Below are positions 34,601 to 43,396 of a stretch of 64,000 nt of DNA, piece after piece. The notes beneath the pieces are model-generated. The model was given only the letters and a program-made list of their open reading frames with translations, made no database searches and was not told the origin of the DNA. The stretch is from a virus, in IMG/VR virus record IMGVR_UViG_3300021420_000018, positions 1 to 64,000 of that record. One strand, 5' to 3'. The first letter of the stretch is position 1; each line of letters starts with the position of its first letter. Position numbers and translations under genes: made by a program.

Positions 34601-35446
34601 AGCTTTCGTCTTAAGATTACGCGTAGCTATTCGTTCTGTCTTGATATCGACATCCTGGAACAACTTCCATCCGGATTCAGTCAAGACTTCCGTCCCGTCG
34701 CGATAACACTGCCCATACAATTGGGAAGCCAGTGTGTTACGGGGAGCGATATTCCTGGGTTTGTAAACCAATTGGTCTGTTGTGAGGTTCACAAGGGGTA
34801 TCCCCCACCAGTTTTGCGCATAGGCGGGATTCGGCGGTACCGGCGTCAGTCCGTTCTCGTCGATGTAACGCACGATCATCTCGCCGCGCAGCACCACCAT
34901 TTCGGCAAGTTCGTTACGGAAGTTTTTCCTGAGCAGGATCGACGAAGCATCGATGACCAGCAGATCATCGAGCAACGGACGCAGCCAGTCCTGCCAGTTG
35001 TGCTCGCGGTCGGGATACTCGAAAAACCGATTGAGCAGGAGAAGTGTTGCATCGCCTTTAGAGCGAATGGCCACATCGCTGCGCGTTTCGCCTGGCTTGG
35101 CGCGCATCTGAATTTCCCAGGGCACGCGGCTTATGGTGTCTTTGACGTTCTCGATGCAGACCGCTGCGAGTGGATATTTGGCGAGAGCCTTTAAATCGGC
35201 TGCACTATACTCAGCATCCTGCCGCGGCGTCCACCACAAGTTCTGGCCGGCCCAGTATTGGTAGGCGCGTGGTTCGGTGCCTGGAGGCCCGAGAGGCTTA
35301 ATGGGTTGAAGCGGTGAATACCAGGAATCCTGCTCGATGCCGCGAATCTGATCAGGTGGCCGCTGGTAAAGCGACTGGCCGTATCGCTGAATGGCACCGA
35401 CCATTTGGCCGATCGGCCGGATAACCAGATCGCCGCGCTTTGCCAT
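31676..35446 (-). CDS. Portal protein with intein and C-terminal histidine-phosphatase-like domain
   Basis: LLDDLLVID; YG|SP; ICFAYGTSP; GVMTPNEAR; C-terminal RHG...GWLDFPLSDDG...PEGGES. Confidence 0.88.
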   Translation of the reverse strand: MAKRGDLVIRPIGQMVGAIQRYGQSLYQRPPDQIRGIEQDSWYSPLQPIKPLGPPGTEPRAYQYWAGQNLWWTPRQDAEYSAADLKALAKYPLAAVCIENVKDTISRVPWEIQMRAKPGETRSDVAIRSKGDATLLLLNRFFEYPDREHNWQDWLRPLLDDLLVIDASSILLRKNFRNELAEMVVLRGEMIVRYIDENGLTPVPPNPAYAQNWWGIPLVNLTTDQLVYKPRNIAPRNTLASQLYGQCYRDGTEVLTESGWKLFQDVDIKTERIATRNLKTKAFEWQLATAKHCYDYVGDLIRFSSRSLDLEVTPQHRMVIDKLPFSLGGNKHRSGDVLVSAAELEKHCTSATGIPVTSIWHGVEVNSKRFPAIAEDRHVSRLQLDARCRELRSQGLSYSQIGAVAGVALATAHQAVVRNRQRHIHDGRVLEMSGDDYCALIGLYLAEGSCEGNYVYIAQSKNNKRISEMRALLHKINNGPVLYSNDAFIIGSKFLARHLRPLGHAGDKYIPQEIMNATSRQLQIFWHHFWLGDGDASRSRAFTSSKRLADQLQELAQKMGVYATIRKIILRDRTIIGRNGMRRTILAINSRAHYVVAVHKRGSYTKKFETRRQPYSGKVYCLTVPNSVVYVRRNGKACFAGNSPTEQVAEEIMVGISRLKFVRAYYEEGSIPGVVQVVPRGTSPERITEAMDWMNSQLAGNLAARNQWRLVQGFNEPGKEDQIIFSKEPLLAGVYDEKHIRQICFAYGTSPQRLIRMIRTEGRAAGDASTIEGTLPWVTWLKGVIDYIIQKKMGFIEYEIAMNPYAEPDPLKNAAAITMYVKSGVMTPNEARKRVGEELRPEPEADRLGIVTGTGFMPIGIPSVQAGVQIDDSGRPKPHPVTPNPDAPGAGGPMNNGNDGDHNAGRSGTPVAQEAGGGRSTGRNVGVDNGKESLDGQKTSHEELVKTIHEVIADDQIAKRHGSRIDPSMLTPESQQGIHQIEHVLGSIFTKQLTMAREETNRFFKLRKAESIRARLARSEKSVRLEDQTLEKAFREGLAPLQKAEAAVDYTYKSLFLMRHGRTALDPVHRSDGWLDFPLSDDGRVKLITAQQYLSEVPLRKIYCATLKRTKETADIVSSGSIYHPRVVEDDRAKTWNLGVLAGKKKAPNKEKVKRLMKNPDEAPEGGESRNVFIARLTAFMTDIKSEGLASGGPTLTVFSGSCLRELSMEMFDGDDGVLDLDEGGMLVLNPDENAPSGWKATLLFGHKSLEEQNLS
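33521..34708 (-). mobile_element. Intein (396 aa) with LAGLIDADG endonuclease in portal
   Basis: Q|CYRDGTEVLTESGW; VTPQH; GLYLAEG; FWLGDG; VYCLTVPN...VRRNGK..FAGN|S. Confidence 0.92.
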
Positions 35447-35466
35447 TGAGTCGCGAGTTTACCACG

Positions 35467-35871
35467 TCACGCCAGCCTCCAGTGAATGACATGGCCTTTG
35501 AAGGGCAAACGGTTCTTAGGCTCCATCCAGAAGGCCAGCATCTCTGCAAAATCACGGAAGCCGTCGCGCCGCGCAAACGCCTGCGTTTCATCCCAGGAAA
35601 GTTTCTCGCCATCGATCCAGATGTACGGGACCTTGCATCCTCGAGCGAGCACGTTTGTTCCGTCGTAGGGCACGTGCCTGATCTCAATCTCTTCGATCTT
35701 CACACACGGCACACGCATGAGCAGCTTGGCCTTCTTGGTTCGCAGGCCGGTGTAAAGGTGAAGCGTATCGCCTGGCTTATCGGGGTGGACGCGGACCGCG
35801 CGGATCGTGTGCGTCTTTTCTCCGCGAAGGATGAGCGGAACAAAGCGAGGCTGGAAGTTATAGAGACCCAT
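35467..35871 (-). CDS. ASCH/PUA-like domain protein
   Basis: FVPLILRGEKTHTIR; PGDTLHLYTG; FARRDGF. Confidence 0.75.
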   Translation of the reverse strand: MGLYNFQPRFVPLILRGEKTHTIRAVRVHPDKPGDTLHLYTGLRTKKAKLLMRVPCVKIEEIEIRHVPYDGTNVLARGCKVPYIWIDGEKLSWDETQAFARRDGFRDFAEMLAFWMEPKNRLPFKGHVIHWRLA

Positions 35872-36847
35872 TCACAGTTTGGTTAGCGGCGGCGGCGCGA
35901 CTTCTGGCGGTTCGACTTCCTTGCCGATATCCAGCTTTTTTAGGATGGCTTCTACCACAGATCTCAGATGATGGCCGTCACAAGCATGCAGCGTTCCCTG
36001 ATGTGTAGACGAACCTTCGTCTAGCTCCACGATCTCGATTACGTGGCGCACTTCGTTGGTTGGATCCACACTCCTGCGGCGATGGCTGATTTCAAACCAG
36101 CCTTTCAGCTTATCGGTTGGCGATGTCTCTCGACACTGAAAGCCGTGGTCATCGTAGTCACAGCGGATGTTTAGCATTTATTTAGCTCCTGTTTCGCGCA
36201 CGATAACGCGCGCGCGACGTATGCAGCCTGGACAGTAAAACGTTTTCTTTTTACCTTTGCCGATTCCTTTCCACCCAAGAGCCTCGACGCATATCTCAAC
36301 GTACTTGTCGTTTGACTTTTCGTGCAAACTCGTCACTTCGACCTTCGAGCCGCAGCCGCCGTCGCATTCGATCCAAGCCGTGAAGAGGGCGTCGCTCACC
36401 GTACTCGCTCGGCTTCCTCAGTCATTGCGCCAGCTTCACTTCAAACTTCATCTGGGCCCAACGATCTGCGAATCGTTCCTTAGCCATTGCGACCATCTGA
36501 TCGAAATCGAACTCGCCCTCGGCTACGTACGTGCTGCTGCTTGCGCCGCGTGTGTCGACGCTGCGATCCCAAAATGAAAGCGCCGTCCATCCGTTCTTGT
36601 GGTGGACCAAAGCAATACCTTCTGGAGAGTTGCCGCAGTAGCAGTTGGAATGCCCCTTGTAGGAATAGCCTCTGCAGCCAGGAACGTGAGGCTGAAGCTT
36701 TCCATCGATCTCGCGCGTAGTCCACGGAATCGTGATTTGTTCGTCATAAGAAACGTGACCGCCGCGCTCTTTGTAGAAGTGATGGCCAGCAGTGCGGTAG
36801 GGACCGAAGTAATACATTCGCATGGGTTCCATTTTATTTTGTCGCAA
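35872..36847 (-). other. Three hypothetical CDS (35872-36177, 36178-36399, 36422-36847)
   Basis: Packed ORFs, some Cys-rich; last contains GWTALSFWDRSVD.R. Confidence 0.55.
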
Positions 36848-36947
36848 GAACGTTGCCGCGAAGGGGGTTTCGCTCCAGTGCTCCGCCCGTTGCCGGACCG
36901 CTGGAGCCGCCTAGTCCGGCCTACCCTCTTGCAAGGCATCGCGGCAG

Positions 36948-36980
36948 TAAGCGTTTACTATTGTTCCTAGTGAATGTCAA
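36948..36980 (-). promoter_or_regulatory. Operator plus -35 element
   Basis: AGTAAGCGTTTACT; TTGACA at 36975-36980; -10 unclear. Confidence 0.55.
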
Positions 36981-37324
36981 GTGGCTTGTTCGAGCTGGCG
37001 CACGCGGTCTTCTGAACTTTCGATTTTGTTTCTGGCAACCGACGGAAGAACATCTGCGGCAGTGACGCGAACTACTGTGCGTTCAAACCACCTCCCGCCG
37101 CAACGTTTGCAACTGTGCTGACACATAACCGTGAGACTGCGTTCGGGAATATCTTTCGACTGAGGTCCAGGTCCTGCCAACACAACGCAACGCAACCTGC
37201 CGCTGCGAGCTCCGCACACAGGACACGGCGCATTCGGATTGATGTTAGCAATATCGCGAGGGCTGGGCGGACGGAACAACCAAAGAAGCTTACGGATGCC
37301 GACAGTGAGCCAGTAGAATAGCAT
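36977..37324 (-). CDS. Zn-ribbon hypothetical protein
   Basis: CPVCG...CKRCG. Confidence 0.55.
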   Translation of the reverse strand: MLFYWLTVGIRKLLWLFRPPSPRDIANINPNAPCPVCGARSGRLRCVVLAGPGPQSKDIPERSLTVMCQHSCKRCGGRWFERTVVRVTAADVLPSVARNKIESSEDRVRQLEQAT

Positions 37325-37359
37325 TCAGGCCTAGCTTTAAACTCTCATAAGTGCTCTGG

Positions 37360-37388
37360 AGAGTAAACGCTTATCAGGCAGATGTCAA
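37360..37388 (-). promoter_or_regulatory. Sigma70-like promoter with operator
   Basis: TTGACA-17-TACTCT; TAAGCGTTTA at 37364-37373. Confidence 0.7.
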
Positions 37389-37405
37389 TGCCACAGCCAG
37401 AAGAA

Positions 37406-37528
37406 TCATGGCTTGCGTCGTGGTTTATTCCAGTATGGAGTCCTGCACCAACGACATCGCTTCGGTGTTGTCACGCGCGGCAGCCAAGAACGCCCACAGC
37501 GATTGCAAGTTACTAACTTAGAGCTCAC
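37406..37528 (-). CDS. Small Zn-ribbon protein (40 aa)
   Basis: Hand translation CNRCGRSWLPR...PKRCRWCRTPYWNKPR. Confidence 0.6.
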   Translation of the reverse strand: MSSKLVTCNRCGRSWLPRVTTPKRCRWCRTPYWNKPRRKP

Positions 37529-37662
37529 TTGGCCGCCCGCTCCGCCTTCTGCTTTCGGTATCGAGGGGCTGCCATGAAACGCTCGTCCCGACTGGCAACC
37601 TGTAGGGCTTCATCAAAAGACATAAATCACCTCAGGGTAAAATAACGTTGGGGTATAGGGGT

Positions 37663-38290
37663 TCAGCCATTCGCTAACTCCTTTTGCCCCGCGAGTGGGA
37701 ACTCCTTTGCGAGTTTGGCAATCTCTTCGCGCGTAACAGCTATGCGTGTTCGGTCCCATCTGTTTTTAGGGCCACCCACCACGTTTAAGTATTTCTCCGA
37801 TTCTTCAAGGACGATCCAGTCCCCATCCGTGAAATATTTGAACCTGCGAGTTAGCTCAGCCATTCACTAGCTCCTTTCGGTATCCCGCACTCGTTCGCGG
37901 CTCGGTGCTCCCCCGTTACAACTTACCGCCGGGACGGATCGTTCCTCCGGTCAAATTGCATCACCTCTCTTTCGATTCATCCTGCCTTCTCACTTCCCCT
38001 CAGGCTTGGGCGCGGCCTTATGGTCGCAGTTCCCTTCTGCGTAGTCCGCAGACAGGACAGAATTTAGGTCGTTTTCCTGCATGATCCAAGGATGTGATTA
38101 TTCGGAACTGGAAGATCGCCCTACACTCAGAGCATTCAAACTCATCTTCTCTCGGAAAAGAAAGAGTGCAATTGGTGAATTCCGTGTGTGGTGCTGGCTT
38201 CCTGCCGCCTCTATGTCGGCTAACGATTCTAGGCGACCGATCCGGCAGTTTGTCTACAATGAATCGCGCTTTCAACGCTTCCAAGGTCAC
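37663..38290 (-). other. Small hypothetical CDS (37663-37863, 38018-38290)
   Basis: RBS-preceded ORFs; second has CSEC...FCPVCG. Confidence 0.5.
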
Positions 38291-38458
38291 TTTCTCCCTC
38301 CGTCTGCCTTGCCATCGCGCTCTTTCTCTAATCTCTCGACATCGTCAGGATGTTCTTCGTGCGGCGCTTCATCGGCACAAGCGCATTCGTGAGCCAGATC
38401 AGGACACCCGCGCAGTTCACAACCACGATGATCTTGATCAGCCAAGCCGATTCGACCA

Positions 38459-39064
38459 TTAGCCACCTTCTGGAGGTCTGGCAGATCTCGCGTCGACGAT
38501 GGCCTGCTGTTCTTGATGGCTCCGCAAATCGGCAGCGGCCTTGTCGGCAGCCTCTTCCGCTGCGAGCGCTTGCAACTTATCTGCTTCGGTAGCCTCGGCC
38601 CGCATCGCTTTCTCTCGCGCGAGAATGGCGTTGCCGGCCAGCGCGACCGACAAAGCTGTGAGCATCACGCCCTTCTGGGAGTTGACGAGCGTGTGAACAT
38701 CGCCCAAAGTTTTGCCCTGCTCGGCGAGGCGCTTGTCGGTTGCATTGCCGGTCGCAAGAAGAGTGTCTTTGACTTCGAGCACGGCGACGCGCTGCGCTTC
38801 GTTTGATTTCTGAACGACCTGCGCAACCTGCACGGTAGCGAGACGCTGCGCTTCGGCGGTGCGATCCGACTTTTCGTTGTGCTTGTCCTGGGACCGCTTC
38901 ATCATCGCGAGGATGATGGGCGAGGCTGCGGAAATGATCAGGCCCACGCCCCACAGGATTCCGCCCCATCCGGAAAACACAAACGGCGCCGGCGGTTCCT
39001 GAATGGGAAGGGCTGCCAAAAGGAAAGTGTTGAATAACGAGTAGATTGTGAGCGCCTGATACAT
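38459..39064 (-). CDS. Membrane protein with coiled coil (holin-like?)
   Basis: Two hydrophobic segments; DVHTLVNS. Confidence 0.55.
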   Translation of the reverse strand: MYQALTIYSLFNTFLLAALPIQEPPAPFVFSGWGGILWGVGLIISAASPIILAMMKRSQDKHNEKSDRTAEAQRLATVQVAQVVQKSNEAQRVAVLEVKDTLLATGNATDKRLAEQGKTLGDVHTLVNSQKGVMLTALSVALAGNAILAREKAMRAEATEADKLQALAAEEAADKAAADLRSHQEQQAIVDARSARPPEGG

Positions 39065-39103
39065 CGCGCCTCAAGTTTACTAAAGAACCATAACCACTGT
39101 CTC

Positions 39104-39376
39104 TCAAAAACAGTGCCGGTTCGGCACCCCGGTCTTCCGCAGGATATTGGAGACGTGATATTTCACAGTCCGTTCCTTCATGCCCAGCCGCGCGGCGATG
39201 TTGATATTCATGAACCGCTGCTGCAACAAAGGCATGACTTCCTGCTCGGCTGGAGTTAACTTTGCGGCTTCGATCAAGTGCTTGGCGATCAGCTCTTTCA
39301 TTTTGGCGCGCACCGCGGTTAGTTCTTCAATCAGTTCGCGTTCCCGCTTCTCCAGCTCGTCGATCTCTGCCCACAT
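39104..39376 (-). CDS. LuxR-type HTH DNA-binding protein
   Basis: LTPAEQEV...IAARLGMKERTVKYHVSNILRK. Confidence 0.85.
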   Translation of the reverse strand: MWAEIDELEKRERELIEELTAVRAKMKELIAKHLIEAAKLTPAEQEVMPLLQQRFMNINIAARLGMKERTVKYHVSNILRKTGVPNRHCF

Positions 39377-39873
39377 TATTCGTCAAGACAGATTCTGCGC
39401 TTGGTAGCGAGCGGCATGAGCGGCCCGTCCGATGGCCGTTCCGGTTTAGATCCCAACCGCGACCGCGATGATCCTCGACCATTCTCCACGAAGGCTTCGT
39501 ACTGTTCGAGCAGCCTTAGGCGCTCTTCTTCCAGCGCGAGATATTGAGAGTTGACGAGCGTGTGGACATCCTCCAGCCTTGCGCGGGCTCTCGCTGCGTC
39601 GCCTTCGGGCAAAGGCGAGAGCCCAAGCATCTCGCGCGCTTCGTTTTGCGTGATGATCCCGCGGTCAAGCATGTGGCGCACCTGCTCGGGAGTCCACGGC
39701 TGCGGATAGATGCGATACGGCTCCCCACCGTTTGGAATAATAACGCCGTTGCTGCTGCTGCCAGCCGTGTCGATTGTCCATTGGCCGCTGTTTATGGCGC
39801 TGCCTCCACTCACTCCAGGATAGATTTCTGTCACGTTTGCGACAGTGAAGGCAGAAGAGGCAAGCGCGTCCAT
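39376..39873 (-). CDS. Chimeric hypothetical protein containing a portal-like motif
   Basis: GIITQNEAREMLGLSPLPEGD; DVHTLVNSQ; GAGGAG RBS. Confidence 0.6.
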   Translation of the reverse strand: MDALASSAFTVANVTEIYPGVSGGSAINSGQWTIDTAGSSSNGVIIPNGGEPYRIYPQPWTPEQVRHMLDRGIITQNEAREMLGLSPLPEGDAARARARLEDVHTLVNSQYLALEEERLRLLEQYEAFVENGRGSSRSRLGSKPERPSDGPLMPLATKRRICLDE

Positions 39874-39932
39874 GGTTATCTCCTCGCCGGCATTGTAACC
39901 GGCTTTTTACAAGATTCTATAAAACATTAAAA

Positions 39933-41022
39933 TCACCGTGCGACAGGTTGTGCCGCAACCGATCCGGGCGGCGGCCACTTCGCGGCGCACTGATGATCTT
40001 CAGAACCGACCATACACAGAAACTCGCCGCACAACAGACACCGCCGATAGGCTGGCCTGTGGCAGTGCGAACAGCGCTTCGGACAATCCGCGGTCGAATG
40101 CGTTTTGCTGCGGCAGGCCACACACTGTTCTTTGCTCATAGCCACTCCAAAGCTTCTGTGGCCACGAGTTGCGATACTCGGGACACGCGCGGCTCGCCGT
40201 ATTCTTGTTCGAGCCTGCGCACGATCAAGCTCGCCTGATACGCATCCCAGGTGTAACCGATTCGCACGATCACTCGATAGGGATTCACACGAACTAGCTG
40301 CGCACCAGAATCGAGCAGCCTCCAGGTGAGGTCCATCAACTCGACAAACATAGCCGCATCGGATAAACGCTGGCGACGGATCTTGGCCGCCGCCCTTTTC
40401 TTTGCCTTGTCCTGCTGTTGCGCTTTTACCAGTAAAGCTTGCCGCTCATAAGCTCGCTCTTGTTCGGCCAGTTTGGCCTTTTCTTCTGCCAGCCTGTCCT
40501 GGTGGGCCTGGTACTCTTCCATGGCAGTGTTGAGCTGGGCGGTCAGCCGCTTGACGCGCTTAGGATCGAGCTCGAGTTCCACACCCAACCGATATTTTTC
40601 GCGACGCTCGCCATCCTCGCCGTACCCGTTATCCACAGCAAGATCCACCAAGCGGATCGGCTGCGGAAACGTTTCGGGAAACTCGTCATCTTGCGGAAAG
40701 GCGCGGCCGCACTCCTCAGCCTCAACACTGCGCGCGATCCGTTCGATGTCGATACGCTTCACTTCCGAACCCACTCCTCAATCGCACGGTCGATCACAAC
40801 TTTGAGATCGGCGACGTCCGCGTGACGCTTGAGCCTATCCCACATATCCTCCTCGAGCGTCTTGCAGGCCCTGGCGATGGCTACGCGCAAGGCTTCGGGA
40901 ATAAATGTGGGCGGCCTCGACAAGTAGCCGGCACTGCCGATACTTTCGGCTGTGCCGCGAAGCGCCGCATTGTGCGCTTCAACCGTTTTTTGCTGCGCTT
41001 CCCTTGCTTTGTGTTCGCTCAT
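39933..41022 (-). other. Hypothetical CDS (39933-40145 Cys-rich; 40136-40774 coiled coil; 40759-41022)
   Basis: Overlapping start/stop codons; RBS motifs. Confidence 0.55.
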
Positions 41023-41444
41023 AGTTTCCTTCCTGGCATGCAGTTGCGGATCGCGATCCACAGTTCCATGTCTACCGGCCAGAACTGTAGCGCCCCAAGG
41101 ACTGGACAAGGTTCGGCAAGCGGCCGGATATTTTCAAGCTTGAACGCGTACCGGCCTTCGTGATAGTCGCCCCACTTGCGTTCCGCATCGCTGATCTCCA
41201 GAGTCACCGCTTCAGTTGGCCGGCAGTCGGTAAGATCGCACACGCAGACGATCGCGCCAACCGGCAACTCTTTGGGAACGAGGCCTTCCTCCCGCGCAAA
41301 CTCTTTCGCCCAAACTGGAAAACCTTTCGATGCGTGAATCGCGACAGGCCCGCGGTAAAGCGTCAACCAGCTGCGCGTCTCCCAATGCTTCCAGCCAAGC
41401 GCGATCGCCGTCGCCCAAGGCTGCGTGAGTGATAGTCCTCTCAT
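41019..41444 (-). CDS. ASCH domain protein
   Basis: LSLTQPWA..IALGWKHWETRSW..YRGPVAIHASK. Confidence 0.85.
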   Translation of the reverse strand: MRGLSLTQPWATAIALGWKHWETRSWLTLYRGPVAIHASKGFPVWAKEFAREEGLVPKELPVGAIVCVCDLTDCRPTEAVTLEISDAERKWGDYHEGRYAFKLENIRPLAEPCPVLGALQFWPVDMELWIAIRNCMPGRKL

Positions 41445-41995
41445 GCACTTTGCTTTGCGTGAAGCTCAGAGTTGAACCGGTCGCACTGATCGGCATTAAA
41501 GTGCGCCACATAAACCTTCACAGGCGGAACCGGAGGCGGGAACTTCGGAAGCGGTAACGGACCGATGCCAATCGTGCCCGACATCTCCCGGCACCATTTC
41601 GCATACCCGGGCGGCTGCAGATACCGCTTATAGGATTTGCTCGTTGCCTCAACTTCCCACCCTTCGCGCAAAAGCCGGATCGCGTCTTCCGGATGCACAC
41701 CGCCGCAGAAACTGCAGGTCCGCGGGGTCCAGTGCCACGGCCAGCGCGTAAATCCGCTGCCAGGCTTGATCCGGTTTTGGATCGAGCCAACCAGGTGCGC
41801 GACCCAACCCCACGTGGTCGTCTCCCAATGATCGGTATTCAGCGTGTACTCCCAAGGCCCGGGCTGAGTCATGCGTCTTCTGCAAGTTTGCTTGGCCTCG
41901 AAGTGTTTGGTGAACTGATTGGCAAACCACGCCGGCCGCAGCCAGATGTCGTAAGCCACGGCATTCCACCAGCGGCGCGGATAGATCCAGCTCAC
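41441..41995 (-). CDS. Trp-rich hypothetical protein
   Basis: RTCSFCGGVHP; overlaps neighbouring genes. Confidence 0.55.
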   Translation of the reverse strand: MSWIYPRRWWNAVAYDIWLRPAWFANQFTKHFEAKQTCRRRMTQPGPWEYTLNTDHWETTTWGWVAHLVGSIQNRIKPGSGFTRWPWHWTPRTCSFCGGVHPEDAIRLLREGWEVEATSKSYKRYLQPPGYAKWCREMSGTIGIGPLPLPKFPPPVPPVKVYVAHFNADQCDRFNSELHAKQSA

Positions 41996-42684
41996 AGCCG
42001 CACCCTTCGACTCTTGCCATGCATTTCGATCTGGTGGAACAACGAGAGCCGGTCGGCGATCCGGTCGTCCATCATTTCGGCGATCTTAGCCAGCGACCAG
42101 TTAGTCGTCACGATGGTTGGCTTTTTGGAACGCAGGCGCCGATCCAAAATCAACAGCAACGACCGGCGTTCGAAATCGCTCAAGCCTCCGGCGCCCACAT
42201 CGTCGAACACGGCAAAGTTTGGCACGCTGTAATACTCCAACTGCGTCGCTTCTTGTCCACTTCCCATCGCTGTGCGCAGATCCAGATAAAACTCGGCGCA
42301 AGAGAAAAATTTGACGACCTGGCGCGCCATAATGAAGCTGCGCGCCAAAGCTGCCGCGAGATAGGTTTTTCCAACACCGGTCTCGCCGGTGAGGAGCAGG
42401 CCATGGCCCGGGTGATCGCACCAAGCCAGAATCTCTTTTTGCATCTCAGGAGCAAAGGCTGTGAGCTCTGCTTTGGCGTGAAGGGGTCCCACCTCTTTCG
42501 CGGCGATCCGGCGTAAAGCGCAATCGCACATCTCCATCGCCTGCTGGTGAGCCGGAGCATCCTTCGGACGCCGGTAGCCAAGACCTTGGCAATCGGGACA
42601 ATCTTCAGACTTCGAATCGCTTGGGTTTCGGGTATTCTTTGCCCATTGGTCGAGGGACTGCCGCAGCCGATCGGTTAGTTCCAT
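41992..42684 (-). CDS. DnaC/IstB-like helicase loader ATPase
   Basis: CPDC...CDC; GETGVGKT Walker A; VFDDVG Walker B; PTIVTTN; RIADRL. Confidence 0.9.
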   Translation of the reverse strand: MELTDRLRQSLDQWAKNTRNPSDSKSEDCPDCQGLGYRRPKDAPAHQQAMEMCDCALRRIAAKEVGPLHAKAELTAFAPEMQKEILAWCDHPGHGLLLTGETGVGKTYLAAALARSFIMARQVVKFFSCAEFYLDLRTAMGSGQEATQLEYYSVPNFAVFDDVGAGGLSDFERRSLLLILDRRLRSKKPTIVTTNWSLAKIAEMMDDRIADRLSLFHQIEMHGKSRRVRL

Positions 42685-43396
42685 TTCGCCCTCCTTGAGG
42701 GATCTCGTCTTCCCAACGTCGCCCATTCAGGTAGGTGGTCGCATGAGGGATGTGCATCTTATCCTGCCATTGTTCGCAGCCTTCTCGGGCCACTACTCCA
42801 GCTCGAGCCGCCACTTGATCCGCATGGCTCAGCCGGTGCCAGGCAGCTTTTGCCTTCTTGCGATCTTCATGGCGCGGGTACTCCTGCCAGAACTGCTCGA
42901 ACTCCTCTTCGGTTTGGTCGGAAATCACACCCAACGCTTCTTGTGTTCTGTTCTGTTCTGTTCCCTTCTGTTCTGTTCCCTTCTGTACGGGACGCGTGCC
43001 TGACGCGTCGCCCTCGCGTGCCTCACGCGTGCCCCACGCGTCAACATGTTGATTCTCTGGTGGCTTAGGCAGAACACTGAGCGATTCACGATTATTTATG
43101 ACCTGGTGCTTCTTGAAGGTCGGAACATACCCAAAAACCTCGTCAGCGACGCGATATTGGACCACGAAACCACGCGTGCCCCACGCGTCAAGCACGCGTG
43201 AAAAGTCCACGTCATCGTAGGGCAGGATCATGGCTTTAAGGGCCCGGGGGCGCCAGTTGAATCGACCTTCCCGATCGCAACAGGTCAGCAGTCCGACGAA
43301 GGCGAGGCGTAGCGGCAGGTTGGTTTTAAGCTCCAGCTCATACATTTCCTCATGTCTAAAGAACTCAGGCTTGATTGTGCGAATCCGTTGCTGCAC
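42605..43396 (-). CDS. Phage replication initiator (replisome organizer)
   Basis: RIRTIKPEFF; CDREGR; FEQFWQEYPR; HATTYLNGRRWEDE; upstream of DnaC. Confidence 0.85.
   Translation of the reverse strand: MQQRIRTIKPEFFRHEEMYELELKTNLPLRLAFVGLLTCCDREGRFNWRPRALKAMILPYDDVDFSRVLDAWGTRGFVVQYRVADEVFGYVPTFKKHQVINNRESLSVLPKPPENQHVDAWGTREAREGDASGTRPVQKGTEQKGTEQNRTQEALGVISDQTEEEFEQFWQEYPRHEDRKKAKAAWHRLSHADQVAARAGVVAREGCEQWQDKMHIPHATTYLNGRRWEDEIPQGGRNGTNRSAAAVPRPMGKEYPKPKRFEV
42946..43199. repeat. Iteron-like repeats (probable origin) inside the initiator gene
   Basis: CGCGT cores at 42993, 43004, 43015, 43026, 43037 and 43173, 43184, 43195 (11-bp period); adjacent TTCTG repeats. Confidence 0.7.
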
